From contig CASFBJ010000020.1 in assembly GCA_949292875.1 (NCBI GenBank), forward strand, positions 11,744 through 75,743: a stretch of DNA of 64,000 nt, read 5' to 3'. The notes below the pieces were generated by a model. It saw only the letters and a program-made list of their open reading frames with translations, did no database searches and had not been told where the DNA came from. The position numbers were made by a program, and so were the translations under genes. The stretch is from an uncultured Christensenella sp. (lineage in GTDB: Bacteria > Bacillota > Clostridia > Christensenellales > UBA1242). Within the stretch, counting starts at the first letter, position 1. Each line of letters opens with the position of its first letter. This document shows, piece by piece, positions 9,895 to 18,577 of the stretch.

Positions 9895-11934
9895 ATGAAA
9901 AAAAGAAAAAAAATAAGAGAGAAAGATAGATTAAGAGAAAAGAAAAGTAAAGGTTCATTTTCTAAAGGCTTTTTTGGAAAATTTAAGAGTAAAAATGAAA
10001 AATATCTTTCCGATGGCAAGGTTTATAAAGGTAAGATGAGTGTACATGCGAAAGGTTTTGGTTTTTGCGTGCTTGATGATTTAGAAATGGAAGATGTTTT
10101 TATTGCTCCTTCAAATATAAACGGCGCTTTTAATGGTGATGAAGTTGAAATAGTTATATATAAAACAAGTAAGCTTAAAAGTAGAGAAGGCAAAGTAGTT
10201 CGTATATTAAATAGAGCAGTAAGGTTAGTTGTAGGAAATTTTGTTGCTTTAAATGATGGTAGTGGATATGTAGAACCTGATATGAAAAATGTAAATAAAG
10301 ATATTTACATTTCAAGCGAACATGCTATGAATGCAAAAAATGGGGAAAAAGTTGTAGCAAAACTCATAGATTATGGAAGTGAAACTAGTGAGCCAAAAGG
10401 TGAAATTGTTGAAATAATAGGAGATATGAGCAGAAAAGGCGATGATATTATTGCTATTATTAGAAACTATGAATTGTATGAAGAATTTCCTATAGAAGTA
10501 AATGAAGCAACAAAAAAAATTCCGCAAGAGGTTAGTGAGCAAGATATAAAAGGAAGAAAAGATTTAAGAAATGTACTTATGTGCACTATTGATGGCGAAG
10601 ATGCTAGAGATTTTGATGATGCTGTATCTATAAGTAGAACTAAAGATGGCGGATACGAATTAGGCGTTCATATAGCAGATGTTGGGCATTATGTAAAACA
10701 AGGTAGTGTTATAGATAAAGAAGCGTATAATAGAGGCACAAGTGTGTATTTCCCAGATATGGTGCTACCTATGCTACCTAGAGAGCTTAGTAATGGTATC
10801 TGTTCATTAAATCCAGAAGTAGATAGACTTGCTTTGTCTGTCATTGCTACACTAGATAAAAATGGCGATGTTATAAAACACGAGATATGTGAAAGTGTTA
10901 TAAATAGTAATGAAAGAATGACATATACAGATGTTTATGCGATTTTACAAGGAAATGAAGATGTTAAAAAGAAATATGCAAATCTTGTTGAAAGTTTTTT
11001 GATAATGGACGAGTTGGATACTATACTAGAGCAAAAAAGAAAGAGTAGAGGCGCTTTAGATTTTGACTTGCCAGAAACTTATGTTAAGGTTGATGAACAA
11101 GGCAAGACTATTGATATTGCTATGAGGGAAAGAAATAAAGCACATAGAATAATAGAGTCTTTCATGATTCTTGCAAACGAAATAGTTGCAAAAGAATATA
11201 ATGAACTAGCTATTCCGTTTGTATACAGAGTGCATGAAAAACCTACCTTAGAAAAAATGAATGATTTTTTTACTTTTATTTCTTCATTTGGTATAAATGC
11301 AAAAAATGTAGATTTATCAAATGTTAAGCCTAAAGATTTGCAATTTGTAATAGAAGAGTCTAAACAAACTCCTTACAATAAAACTATAAATGAAGTTATG
11401 CTAAGAAGTTTGCAAAAAGCAAAATATTTCCAAAAATGCTTAGGGCATTTTGGTCTTGCAAGTAAGTTTTATTGCCATTTTACATCACCTATTAGGCGTT
11501 ATCCAGATTTGACTATACATCGTATCATAAAAGCTCATTTGCATAATGAATTAAATGAACAAAAACTCTATGAACTTGAAGAATTTGTACTTGATGCAAG
11601 TGAAAGAAGCAGTGAAAGAGAAAAACTTGCAGAGAAAGCAGAGCGTGAAGTTGTTGCATATAAGAAGTGTGAATATATGCAAAAGTTTATTGGTGAAGAA
11701 TTTCAAGGCTATGTTTCAGGCGTAAGTGCTAATGGTGTATTTGTTGCATTGCCAAATACTGTGGAAGGTTTTATAAGCATAGCTAATTTGCCTGATGATG
11801 TATACAATGTAGATGAAAAAATGTTTTGTTTGCAAGGTAGCCATTTTAGGTTTGTGATTGGTCAAGAGATAAAAGTAAGACTTATTAATGTAAATCTTGC
11901 AGATAGGCATATAGACTTTGAATTTGTGGCATAA
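9895..11934 (+). CDS. rnr: ribonuclease R
   Basis: 679 aa with cold-shock/OB domains, the RNB catalytic motif CTIDGEDARDFDDAVS and a C-terminal S1 domain. Confidence 0.92.
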   Translation: MKKRKKIREKDRLREKKSKGSFSKGFFGKFKSKNEKYLSDGKVYKGKMSVHAKGFGFCVLDDLEMEDVFIAPSNINGAFNGDEVEIVIYKTSKLKSREGKVVRILNRAVRLVVGNFVALNDGSGYVEPDMKNVNKDIYISSEHAMNAKNGEKVVAKLIDYGSETSEPKGEIVEIIGDMSRKGDDIIAIIRNYELYEEFPIEVNEATKKIPQEVSEQDIKGRKDLRNVLMCTIDGEDARDFDDAVSISRTKDGGYELGVHIADVGHYVKQGSVIDKEAYNRGTSVYFPDMVLPMLPRELSNGICSLNPEVDRLALSVIATLDKNGDVIKHEICESVINSNERMTYTDVYAILQGNEDVKKKYANLVESFLIMDELDTILEQKRKSRGALDFDLPETYVKVDEQGKTIDIAMRERNKAHRIIESFMILANEIVAKEYNELAIPFVYRVHEKPTLEKMNDFFTFISSFGINAKNVDLSNVKPKDLQFVIEESKQTPYNKTINEVMLRSLQKAKYFQKCLGHFGLASKFYCHFTSPIRRYPDLTIHRIIKAHLHNELNEQKLYELEEFVLDASERSSEREKLAEKAEREVVAYKKCEYMQKFIGEEFQGYVSGVSANGVFVALPNTVEGFISIANLPDDVYNVDEKMFCLQGSHFRFVIGQEIKVRLINVNLADRHIDFEFVA

Positions 11935-12015
11935 ATAATACTTTAATTTTAAAAATATAGCATAAATTAAAATTAAATATATTGCAAAATATTCAAAATT
12001 AAATGTAAAAGTCTA

Positions 12016-12044
12016 TTGATTTTATATAAAAAATATGGTATAGT
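12016..12044 (+). promoter_or_regulatory. SigA-type extended -10 promoter abutting the smpB start codon
   Basis: TTGATT (12016-12021), a 17-nt spacer, then TGgTATAGT (-10 at 12039-12044). The smpB ATG starts at 12051, 7 nt after the -10, and there is no Shine-Dalgarno sequence. Confidence 0.5.
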
Positions 12045-12050
12045 CTTAAT

Positions 12051-12506
12051 ATGAAAATAGTAAATACAAATAAAAAAGCAAAATTTTTATATTTTCTAGG
12101 AGATACTTTTGAAGCTGGTATAGAGTTAAAAGGTAGTGAAGTAAAAAGCATTAGAGATGGTGGAATTTCGCTAGACCAAAGTTATATTACTGTAGATGAT
12201 AGTCAACAAGTATATATTTTAAATTGTTTTATAAAGTCATACAAAAATACAGGTTCTTTTGTAGAAGACGAAAGAAGAAAAAGAAAACTTTTACTTAATA
12301 AGACAGAGATAAGAAAGATATATAAGCATATAAAAATTAAGGGAGGGACAGTAGTTCCAACAAAAGTTTACTTTAATGATAAGGGTTTGGTTAAGGTAGA
12401 AATATCACTTGCTAAAGGTAAAAAACTATACGATAAAAATCAGGCTTCAAAAGAAGCTAGCATGGATAGAGAAATGAAAATGTTTCAAAAAGGTATAGAA
12501 TATTAA
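12051..12506 (+). CDS. smpB: SsrA-binding protein SmpB
   Basis: 151 aa. Motifs NKKAKFLY, ELKGSEVKS, RKRKLLLNK and GKKLYDK. It lies directly upstream of the tmRNA. Confidence 0.93.
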   Translation: MKIVNTNKKAKFLYFLGDTFEAGIELKGSEVKSIRDGGISLDQSYITVDDSQQVYILNCFIKSYKNTGSFVEDERRKRKLLLNKTEIRKIYKHIKIKGGTVVPTKVYFNDKGLVKVEISLAKGKKLYDKNQASKEASMDREMKMFQKGIEY

Positions 12507-12520
12507 CTATACCTATTCAT

Positions 12521-12891
12521 GGGGGCGATAATGGTTTCGACGGAGAAGATTAAGGGTGTAGATTGCATGCAGGCAGGGTCGACTGCCTCGAAAGACGACA
12601 AAAAAATAAACGCAGAAAATAACACAAACTACTCTTTCGGTAGTGCTGTTAGATTAGCTGCCTAATTTTCGGTAGCGAGTTTAGTAAAATTTTGTCTTAT
12701 TGGTTTTGCTAGGCTTTAATTAAATAAGGCGTTGTAAAAAAATGTTGCAGTTTTTTACAACTACAAGCAACTAAAGTATTTTTTTCTTTGTTTATGGAGA
12801 GAAAAGTAACAAAAATGAAACATAAACTAAGCATGTAGTAATCGCATTTTTACTTTTTCGGACGCGGGTTCAACTCCCGCCGTCTCCACCA
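12521..12891 (+). ncRNA. ssrA: tmRNA (SsrA), 371 nt, CCA encoded
   Basis: The 5' GGGGGCG pairs with 3' CGTCTCC-ACCA, including a G3:U pair. There is a T-arm GGGTTCAACTCCC. The internal tag reading frame ends ...AENNTNYSFGSAVRLAA-TAA, with the stop at 12663-12665. Confidence 0.93.
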
Positions 12892-12900
12892 TTTTTTTAA

Positions 12901-12990
12901 GGAGAGATGTCAGAGTGGTCTAATGTGCACGCTTGGAAAGCGTGTGTACTGTAAAAGGTACCGCAGGTTCAAATCCTGTTCTCTCCGCCA
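12901..12990 (+). tRNA. tRNA-Ser (GGA), class II long variable arm, CCA encoded
   Basis: Acceptor GGAGAGA/TCTCTCC. Anticodon stem CACGC/GCGTG with loop TTGGAAA. Long variable arm, and T-loop GGTTCAAATCC. Confidence 0.9.
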
Positions 12991-13082
12991 CAATTTTGCT
13001 CATCCGTACACAAGAGTATGGAGGGGCATTTTTTACAGCTTTTAAATCATTAGTATTAATAAAGATTTATTTGGAGGTTAGA

Positions 13083-13214
13083 ATGGAAGCATTAGATTTT
13101 AGGGATGACATTCAAAAATACAAGAATTTTGGAAATCTTACTCAACCATTTTTGACTAGAGAATTTATTTATAATAAAGTTATGATTGATGTAAATAATA
13201 AACATGAGGATTAA
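13083..13214 (+). CDS. small ORF (43 aa) overlapping the start of the next gene; it may be the detached N-terminus of that gene
   Basis: ATG at 13083 with RBS GGAGGT 4 nt upstream. The upstream extension in the ORF track (12933-) runs through tRNA-Ser and is not credible. Confidence 0.35.
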   Translation: MEALDFRDDIQKYKNFGNLTQPFLTREFIYNKVMIDVNNKHED

Positions 13215-13707
13215 GAATAGTATTTATTTTTTATTAAGTTTATGTTATTGGATTCATTATAATGTTAAGGACTCAAAAGAAAAAGCTGTACAAGATTTAA
13301 AATTTGTAAGAAGTTCGAAAGAGATTTGGGAAAGCAAAAAAGCAAGTGGGTGTACTGATTTTGCGATTTTATATGCAACTTTTGCTAGAACTTTAGGAAT
13401 TCCTACAACTATTTTATATACAGCGGAATACGAATGGGTAAAAAGATTAAAAAATGGGGAAGATACCGCTGAACATTTTGAACATAGTTTTTGTGAATCA
13501 TATTTTTGTGGAAAATGGGTTTTGGTAGATCCGACTTGTAGTTTTATTACAGAAAACTATAATCCTAATAGATTAGAGCTAACTTATAAAGTCGGAGATA
13601 AAAATGTTTTTATTCCTTATTATCGCGGAATTGATTTAGAAAAAAATCAAAATGTAAAAATCCATAATAAGAAGATGGATGAATTGTGTAGATTGTTAGA
13701 GATATAA
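13204..13707 (+). CDS. transglutaminase-like cysteine peptidase-fold protein
   Basis: Cys-His-Asp core pattern: SGCTDFAILYATFARTLGIPT ... HSFCESYFCGKWVLVDPT. There is no obvious RBS, and it overlaps the preceding ORF by 11 nt. Confidence 0.7.
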   Translation: MRIKNSIYFLLSLCYWIHYNVKDSKEKAVQDLKFVRSSKEIWESKKASGCTDFAILYATFARTLGIPTTILYTAEYEWVKRLKNGEDTAEHFEHSFCESYFCGKWVLVDPTCSFITENYNPNRLELTYKVGDKNVFIPYYRGIDLEKNQNVKIHNKKMDELCRLLEI

Positions 13708-14191
13708 ATTATCATTGTAACTCTATACTCTTATTTTATTTGTAATTAGGCATTGTGTAAAAATGCAACGCTATATAAAATTGTGATTATAAAATTATAA
13801 TGAATTTATATTGTCGCAGAACATTTGCTAAAGGTATGGTTGCTATTACAAAAGTGCTTTATGAATTAAATAAAACTAATGATAATTAATTTAAGAGATA
13901 TAACGATAAGATTTTTTAAAAAAGATTAAGAAAGGCAAGCAAAATTCATAAATAATACAAAAATGTTTTGAAAGCATTAAAGACAAATTTAATTTATTTT
14001 TTAGAAAATTATTAACAAAAAGTTCTGTTATTTTTGGTTTTTATATTGACTTTTTTGTAGTTTTACGTTACTCTTATTATAAATATTAATATATTATAAA
14101 AATAAGAAATAATAAAATTTTATGTGCGATAAATATTGTTCTTATTCTTAATATTAATAGGTTTATAAATAATTTACTTTAGGAGAATTTT

Positions 14192-15355
14192 ATGGGATTA
14201 CTTTCAAGAACAACAAAAGGACAAAAGAACAAAAAAGAACGAGATTTTCCAGAAAAAGCTAAATGTTATATTACTGAAAAAGGTCCTTTTGATGGTGAAT
14301 TTTTTATTAATTATAAAAAATATTGTGGTTATTATGGAACGGATGTGATAGAGCACAATAGAGACTTAACTAATCGAATTTGCGATTATCTTATTGATAA
14401 TCCAGATGTCGACCCTAAAATCTTTGGTGTGTATATTGTTAATTATGGTAGTGCTTTTGATAACTATAATTTTGCCAAAAATGTTAAAGGGGTAAATATA
14501 CTTGATCATCAACAGGCGATAGAAGAATGTGAAGCAAATGATTACAATTACAATAAATATGAAATGATTTATAAATTTGCAAGAGATATTCCTGGTGCTG
14601 ATATAGAAAGTTTAGCAAAAAGCTTTCCAAAACTTTCTGATTTTGAAGGACCAATAAGAGATGTTCCCATTGCTTTACAAATAGCTTATCCAAGGTCTTC
14701 TGTTTTAAAATATCAATATTTATTTGCAAGAGATATTCCTGGAATTTATAATGAAACTTTTCAAAATAATATTGTATTATATGGTGATGAATGTTTAAAT
14801 TATAAATTTGCAAAAGATGTAAAAGGGGCAGATGTTACCGCTCTTGCTCGCCGAATTTATAATAATGGAAATAAGGAACTACTTTATAAATATGCAAGAG
14901 ATGTTCCTGGTGTTGATGTAAAAGCATATGGCGAATATTTTTTAAATAACAAGGACACAGAATACAATATTTTATTTGCAAAAGATGTAAAGGGTGCTGA
15001 CATAAATGCACACGCAAATGTAATTATTGAAAACACTGAATTATTAAACAAAAAAGATGGAGTTCCTAACATAAACCCAATCGTAACATTTGCTACAGAA
15101 GTTAAAGGTGCAAATGTTGAAATGCTTCAAGATGCTGTAAATAATATTTATAAAAAATATTATCCAACAGAACAAGTTCCAGATTTGGAAACAATTTGTG
15201 AAGAATATAAAAAAGAACAAGTCAATCATGTTCAAAACAATATAAATACTGATGTTAAAGAAACAACAGAACAACGAAAAAGTATTATCACTGGAATTAA
15301 AAAATGCATTAGGAAAACTAAAGAAAAAGACAATGAATTAACATTAACAAAATAA
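14192..15355 (+). CDS. tandem-repeat protein of unknown family (about seven repeats with core Y-x-F-A-[KR]-D-[VI]-x-G-[AV]-[DN]-[VI])
   Basis: 387 aa, RBS AGGAG. Repeat cores are NFAKNVKGVNI, KFARDIPGADI, LFARDIPGIY, KFAKDVKGADV, KYARDVPGVDV, LFAKDVKGADI and TFATEVKGANV. Confidence 0.7.
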   Translation: MGLLSRTTKGQKNKKERDFPEKAKCYITEKGPFDGEFFINYKKYCGYYGTDVIEHNRDLTNRICDYLIDNPDVDPKIFGVYIVNYGSAFDNYNFAKNVKGVNILDHQQAIEECEANDYNYNKYEMIYKFARDIPGADIESLAKSFPKLSDFEGPIRDVPIALQIAYPRSSVLKYQYLFARDIPGIYNETFQNNIVLYGDECLNYKFAKDVKGADVTALARRIYNNGNKELLYKYARDVPGVDVKAYGEYFLNNKDTEYNILFAKDVKGADINAHANVIIENTELLNKKDGVPNINPIVTFATEVKGANVEMLQDAVNNIYKKYYPTEQVPDLETICEEYKKEQVNHVQNNINTDVKETTEQRKSIITGIKKCIRKTKEKDNELTLTK

Positions 15356-15397
15356 TTAAACAAATTTTATGTGGGATAAAGATTTTTCTTAACAGCA

Positions 15398-15550
15398 AAT
15401 TGGCTAATTAGATTTGCCATTATCTTATTGATAACCTAGATGTGAAGCTTAGAAAACTTGATAAGTATGTGATTAGTTATTTTAGCCCGCTAGCAATAGT
15501 CCGTATACGAAACACTTTTTCTCCGCCATATATTTTTAATGTAAAATAAA
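15398..15550 (+). pseudogene. decayed fragment paralogous to the 5' part of the 14192-15355 repeat-protein gene
   Basis: 15401-15480 aligns by eye with 14378-14455. LAN*ICHYLIDNLDVKLRKLDKYVISYFSP matches LTNRICDYLIDNPDVDPKIFGVYIVNYGSA. The fragment has an in-frame TAG and no start codon. Confidence 0.6.
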
Positions 15551-15623
15551 GCTCATATAGTATAAAAATGTAAGATATTATGTTGAATTACCTTTATTAA
15601 TAGTGCTATGCATAGGAGGGGAT

Positions 15624-16220
15624 ATGTTTTATGTTATTTCACAAGTATTAATTTTTTGTGCGTTAGTTATTGATTTAGTTGGTAAATGTCTTAAAAGTAA
15701 AAAACAAATATTAACTTGTTCTATTATAGCGGCAATGTTTTATGTGAGTTCATATCTCTTTCTTTTTACATGGTTAGGTGCTATTGCAAATGCTCTTAAT
15801 TTTATTAGACTGTTATGGTACATATTGTTAGATAATAAACAAAGTCCTTATCGGTATTATCTTATACCTATGATTGTTACTATTGTACTATTTACAGTTA
15901 GTTTAGTTATTTTTTGGAAAGGGCCAACAGATTTATTAGTGTTATATATCACAATTATTTATTCGGTAGGTTATTCATTTAAGAATGATTTGATTACTAG
16001 AATAACAATAATATTAGCAAGTGTCGGTTGGTTTATATTTGACTTTACGCTTCATGCTTATGTAAATATGTTTTGTGATGTTACCGGACTGGTTATAGCG
16101 TTTATTGGTATAATTGTATACAATATACTTCCATATAGGAAAAACAAAAAGCAAAGAGAACTTCAAGATGATAAATTGAACATTAAAAATTCACATTTTG
16201 AAAATGCCTTAGATAATTAA
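15624..16220 (+). CDS. YgjV-like inner membrane protein
   Basis: ATG at 15624 with RBS AGGAGG (15614-15619). It has about 5-6 TM helices. The pattern ANALNFIRLLWY resembles YgjV-family proteins, recalled from memory. Confidence 0.5.
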   Translation: MFYVISQVLIFCALVIDLVGKCLKSKKQILTCSIIAAMFYVSSYLFLFTWLGAIANALNFIRLLWYILLDNKQSPYRYYLIPMIVTIVLFTVSLVIFWKGPTDLLVLYITIIYSVGYSFKNDLITRITIILASVGWFIFDFTLHAYVNMFCDVTGLVIAFIGIIVYNILPYRKNKKQRELQDDKLNIKNSHFENALDN

Positions 16221-16350
16221 TTTATTAGATAAATATAATATAAAAATAGGGTAATAGTATGAGTCCTATTTTTTATTTATATTTTTCATTATTGACATTT
16301 ACTATGATATATGATATTGTTAAAGTAATAATATAAAAGGAGTTTTTTCA

Positions 16351-16923
16351 ATGGAACAAGTAAATGATAAAGTTATGTATAGTGTAAATGTTTTAGCAAA
16401 TCATAAAACATTAATTAAACAAAGAAAAAAAATTTATGCTATGAATTTTGTGTTGTTGATGATTTGTACGGTTATAATTGGAATTATTGATTTTATTTTG
16501 TTAAATTCTCAAAATTCTTCTGCATATTTTGGTTTAATTTTTGTAATTCTAAGTTTTTTATGTGCAATGTATTTTTTGTATATGTTTTTTCATCCTAAAA
16601 ATAAAGTTGAGGATGCGATAATTGAGTATAAATTTTATGAAAATCATTTTAGTATAAAATATTTGGCAAATATTAAGAAAATGCAATATAGAGAAGTAGA
16701 TTTTATGTATTTTCCTGTTAAAAATTATCAATATCTTAACTACATTAAAGAAGATAAGGAAAATTATTATATAAAATTATTTGAGACAAGAGTTTTTTTT
16801 GTATTTTTAACAGGTGGGACATGTATTATACCTAAAGATGTTTTTCATAATGAAGATGAAATGAAAAGTTTTTCAGACTTTTTAGAGAATAGACTTGGTA
16901 GAAAATATAAAAATAAAGAATAA
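16351..16923 (+). CDS. hypothetical membrane protein (YcxB-like architecture: two TM helices plus a C-terminal soluble domain)
   Basis: 190 aa with RBS AAGGAG. A candidate promoter is TTGACA (16292-16297), 17 nt, then TATTGT. Confidence 0.45.
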   Translation: MEQVNDKVMYSVNVLANHKTLIKQRKKIYAMNFVLLMICTVIIGIIDFILLNSQNSSAYFGLIFVILSFLCAMYFLYMFFHPKNKVEDAIIEYKFYENHFSIKYLANIKKMQYREVDFMYFPVKNYQYLNYIKEDKENYYIKLFETRVFFVFLTGGTCIIPKDVFHNEDEMKSFSDFLENRLGRKYKNKE

Positions 16924-16956
16924 TGCATTAGATATGCTATTATCTTTAATTCAAAA

Positions 16957-17013
16957 TAAAACATTTTAAAGTATTACATATAAAACATTTTAAAGTATTA
17001 CATATAAAACATA
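16957..17013. repeat. 24-nt tandem direct repeat, about 2.4 copies
   Basis: TAAAACATTTTAAAGTATTACATA occurs at 16957-16980 and identically at 16981-17004, followed by a partial third copy TAAAACATA. Confidence 0.9.
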
Positions 17014-17076
17014 TTTTAAAAGGTTTATAAAATAAAATTATATCGCACTTGTATATTTTATCTTGAAACTTATATC

Positions 17077-17113
17077 AAAAAGGAACATTACCATTTTAGT
17101 AAAGTTCCTTTTT
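17077..17113. terminator. bidirectional hairpin terminator
   Basis: AAAAAGGAAC (17077-17086) pairs with GTTCCTTTTT (17104-17113). It lies between the convergent genes 16351-16923 (+) and 17168-18409 (-). Confidence 0.55.
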
Positions 17114-17167
17114 AGTTTATTATGTTGCTAGTTTAAAAAGGTTTAACTTAGTTTAATTGTGAATTAT

Positions 17168-18409
17168 TTACTTGTTTTTTTCTGCTTTATATTGCTCTAT
17201 TTCAGAATATGTATCTAATAAACTAAATCTTTTATTAGAATTTGATTTGTATACTGAGTATATATGTTTTAACTTTTCAAGTGCTAAGTTTTGCATTTCT
17301 TTATCAAAGAAAGATAAAACATTTTTATTTGTTATTATAGATTTTATTAAGAAATCACTATTATTTTTTAAAGTAGAAGATGCGTATTTTATATTTTCAC
17401 CACTTTTATCTATTTGCAAAACTTCCAACATAAAGTCGGGATTGTTTTTTAGTTCATAATCAATAAAATCTAGTATATCACAATTTTGTTTTAGTAATGA
17501 AAGGGTAAAATCTTTGTCTTGTTTTAAATCTTTACTTGCAAAGAAGAAAGCGCCATTATTATCTTTTGTTGCTAAGGATACAATATTTTTATCACTCTTT
17601 AATTTGTCGCTTGCATACTTTAGAAAAAGTCCATTATTTTTTATCATATCTATCATAAAACTATCACTTTCCCTTTGTTCTCGTGGGATATTGTATAGAC
17701 TAAAATTATTACCTATTTTCATACTTGTCAAAACATCAAAATCACTTTTTATAGTTTTATCTATATATAGCAAGGCATCTGCATTTTGCTTAACTGCTTT
17801 TATTGCTAATTCTTTATCTTTCTGTAGTTCCTTACTTGCGTATTGGATGTATACACCATTAATTTCAACTAATTTACTCATAAAAGATTTGCTTGCACAA
17901 ATATATTCGGCAATGTATGGTATAAACCACTTATGTTCTTTTGCTATTTCAAGAATTAGGTTTTGGTTGTTTATAAGTTTGGTAATTAATGTATTATCTT
18001 TGAACACATCTTTAACTGCGTATAGGGCAGAATAAGGATTAGATTTTATTGCGGTATATACAACATCTACATCTTTTTGCAAATCTTCGCTTGCGTATTT
18101 TAAGGCTATACCATCTATAGTAACTATTTTTAATACAAAATCTTTATCATTTTTAAGCCTTTTGCTAGCGAAACTTAAGTAGTGTACATTTTGAGATTGT
18201 GTAATAGTTAAATATATAATGTCTTCATCATCTTTAAGTTCATCTGAAAGATAACAAATAACATTTGGATTTTGCTTTATTAGATTACTTGCTAAATCTT
18301 TATCTGTTTTCCATTTTTCAGTACATGATTGTATTAGAGTAGGATTTTCTTGTGCTAGTTGAGAGTACATAAACTTTTTTTTATCTAAATTTTGTTGAAC
18401 TAATTTCAT
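17168..18409 (-). CDS. DUF4116-type repeat protein
   Basis: 413 aa with about 8 repeats of roughly 35-45 aa. An example is DKDFVLKIVTIDGIALKYASEDLQKDVDVVYTAIKSNP; others read L.YAS..LK.DK. This matches my recollection of DUF4116. Confidence 0.7.
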   Translation of the reverse strand: MKLVQQNLDKKKFMYSQLAQENPTLIQSCTEKWKTDKDLASNLIKQNPNVICYLSDELKDDEDIIYLTITQSQNVHYLSFASKRLKNDKDFVLKIVTIDGIALKYASEDLQKDVDVVYTAIKSNPYSALYAVKDVFKDNTLITKLINNQNLILEIAKEHKWFIPYIAEYICASKSFMSKLVEINGVYIQYASKELQKDKELAIKAVKQNADALLYIDKTIKSDFDVLTSMKIGNNFSLYNIPREQRESDSFMIDMIKNNGLFLKYASDKLKSDKNIVSLATKDNNGAFFFASKDLKQDKDFTLSLLKQNCDILDFIDYELKNNPDFMLEVLQIDKSGENIKYASSTLKNNSDFLIKSIITNKNVLSFFDKEMQNLALEKLKHIYSVYKSNSNKRFSLLDTYSEIEQYKAEKNK

Positions 18410-18577
18410 GATAAACTCCTTTGATTTTTACATAATTATAGTATACTCTTAAAACACTAAAAAGTCAATATGGATAATTTATCAATATAAAAAGTTAGAA
18501 AATGAAATTGTTTATCATGTTGACATGTTTATATAAATGTGATAACATGAAAAGAGAAAAAAGTGGAGAGAAAAAAT

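Noticed and set aside
12933-13082. The N-terminal extension of ORF 12933-13214.
   Set aside because: It runs through the tRNA-Ser gene (12901-12990). Only the portion starting at the ATG at 13083, which has an RBS, is plausible.
13708-14191. A 484-nt AT-rich spacer scanned for small genes, IS ends or sRNA.
   Set aside because: The only candidate is a 29-codon ORF without an RBS (about 13801-13890). I recognised no inverted repeats or conserved RNA motifs.
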